Source: an uncultured virus (IMG/VR IMGVR_UViG_3300031851_000010) | Taxonomy: Duplodnaviria; Heunggongvirae; Uroviricota; Caudoviricetes | Length of the DNA: 64,000 bases | Virus record (IMG/VR): IMGVR_UViG_3300031851_000010 | Reading direction: 5' to 3' (one strand) | Shown here: piece after piece, positions 62,822 through 64,000 of the stretch | Numbering within the stretch: the first letter of the stretch is position 1 | Layout of the letters: each line of letters opens with the position of its first letter | Translations under genes and position numbers: made by a program | The notes under the pieces: generated by a model | What the model saw: only the letters and a program-made list of their open reading frames with translations | What the model was told of the DNA's origin: nothing | Database searches by the model: none

Positions 62822-64000
62822 TGGCTAATATTATAATATATCCTACGGGAAGTACATTAAACACCAATCCACATATAATTTTTAGTGGTACAGGTGTTGA
62901 TTATACTATTGAAATAGATACTACAGGTGATTTAGTATTTAAGTCTTCTACAAATATTTTTAAAATATCTGATAGTGCTACTCCATTATCATTACCAGGT
63001 GAGGTTAATGTTATTAATAGTGAACTTTATGTTGGTAGTATGATGGTAGTTGACTCTGGAGGTCATTGGGTTGGGCAGACAGAAGGTCTTAAAGGTCAAA
63101 AAGGTCTCAAAGGACTACAAGGTGTTGACGGTGATAAAGGTTTAAAAGGTAATAAAGGTATTCAGGGAATCGTTGGACCTACAGGTGATAAAGGTGACTT
63201 CGGTATCAAAGGTGGTATTGGTTCTGACGGAGAAAAAGGAATCAAAGGTGAGCTTTCAGTCAAAGGGGATAAAGGTAACCGAGGACCACAAGGTGAGAAA
63301 GGTATTGTTGGACCTAAAGGGTTAAAAGGGTTAAAGCCGTCAGACTCAACAAAAGGTCTTAAAGGACCAACAGGTCTAAAAGGGTTAACATCTTCAGATA
63401 AAGGAACTAAAGGTCCGACAGGTCTTAAAGGTGTTAAAGGAAATAAGGGTCTAAAACCTGAACAAGGACCAAAAGGTAGTATAGGTGGTGATTCACCTCA
63501 AGGGCCAACAGGTTTAAAAGGGCCGACATCATCAGATAAAGGTCAAAAAGGACCAAAAGGTATAAAAGGTGTAAAGGGACAAAAAGGTATTCTTGGAAAT
63601 CAAGGTCCACAAGGTGATAAAGGTGTTAGGTCGACAGATGGGGATAATGGACCACAAGGACCAACAGGACCTACCGCTGATAAAGGACCTATTGGTAACA
63701 AAGGTATAAAAGGTCTTACAGGACCACAAGGTCCGCAAGGTCCTGATGGTATTGTAGGTGTACAAGGACCTGATGGTGATTTAGGACCAAGAGGTCCACA
63801 ATCTACAGACAAAGGTGATAAAGGTATCAAGGGTATTAAAGGTATCAAGGGTATTAAAGGACCTAAACAAGGTAGAGGTGTAATAGGTACACAAGGTGAA
63901 AAAGGATTTATCGGACCACAAGGTCCAACAGGTCCAGGTGGACCAGCAGCCGTTAAAGGACCAATAGGTCCACAAGGACCGACAGGACCAAAAGGATTTG
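62821..64000 (+). CDS. Third collagen-like fibre protein, 3'-truncated (not in ORF track)
   Basis: ATG in TAATG overlap; [23 protein letters not shown]...[19 protein letters not shown]; open to window end. Confidence 0.88.
   Translation, partial: MANIIIYPTGSTLNTNPHIIFSGTGVDYTIEIDTTGDLVFKSSTNIFKISDSATPLSLPGEVNVINSELYVGSMMVVDSGGHWVGQTEGLKGQKGLKGLQGVDGDKGLKGNKGIQGIVGPTGDKGDFGIKGGIGSDGEKGIKGELSVKGDKGNRGPQGEKGIVGPKGLKGLKPSDSTKGLKGPTGLKGLTSSDKGTKGPTGLKGVKGNKGLKPEQGPKGSIGGDSPQGPTGLKGPTSSDKGQKGPKGIKGVKGQKGILGNQGPQGDKGVRSTDGDNGPQGPTGPTADKGPIGNKGIKGLTGPQGPQGPDGIVGVQGPDGDLGPRGPQSTDKGDKGIKGIKGIKGIKGPKQGRGVIGTQGEKGFIGPQGPTGPGGPAAVKGPIGPQGPTGPKGF

Noticed and set aside
53811..63975. Short alternative-frame and antisense ORFs within the collagen genes
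   Set aside because: Shadows of Gly-X-Y repeats with no independent signals
1..64000. Eukaryotic or giant-virus (NCLDV) origin suggested by PLOD and collagen genes
   Set aside because: Bacterial sigma factor, Bacteroidota promoters, intrinsic terminators, overlapping operonic genes and S74 chaperones point to a bacteriophage; no NCLDV core gene recognised
1..64000. tRNA, rRNA, transposase, integrase or reverse transcriptase/DGR
   Set aside because: None recognised by eye; intergenic gaps are short and AT-rich. A covariance-model scan was not run

Overview
AT-rich, gene-dense 64 kb segment, almost all on the + strand, most consistent with a large (jumbo-type) tailed bacteriophage of a Bacteroidota host. 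Support: a Bacteroidota-type short RpoD sigma factor, TTTG-N19-TAnnTTTG promoters, SprB repeats, an Hc1-like protein, A-rich leaders without Shine-Dalgarno sites, DnaG/SbcCD/RuvC-like genes and peptidase-S74 fibre chaperones. The left end carries giant Thr/Pro mucin-like, Cys-rich putative virion proteins; the first is 5'-truncated and begins with a Hint-like domain. The middle holds replication/recombination genes, metabolic genes (cysK, glutamine synthetase II, NDP-sugar enzymes, carbamoyltransferase, Trx/Grx), a putative lysis block and acidic putative head proteins. The right end has three tandem Lys-rich collagen-like fibre genes. The standout is an apparent phage-encoded, animal-style collagen maturation system: two stand-alone PLOD-type lysyl hydroxylase domains (15510-16900), a separate PLOD/LH3-type glycosyltransferase plus accessory-domain gene (43723-45153), and collagen fibres saturated with X-Lys-Gly acceptor triplets (53530-64000). 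All family assignments are by eye from motifs; no searches were run. No tRNA, rRNA or CRISPR array was recognised.
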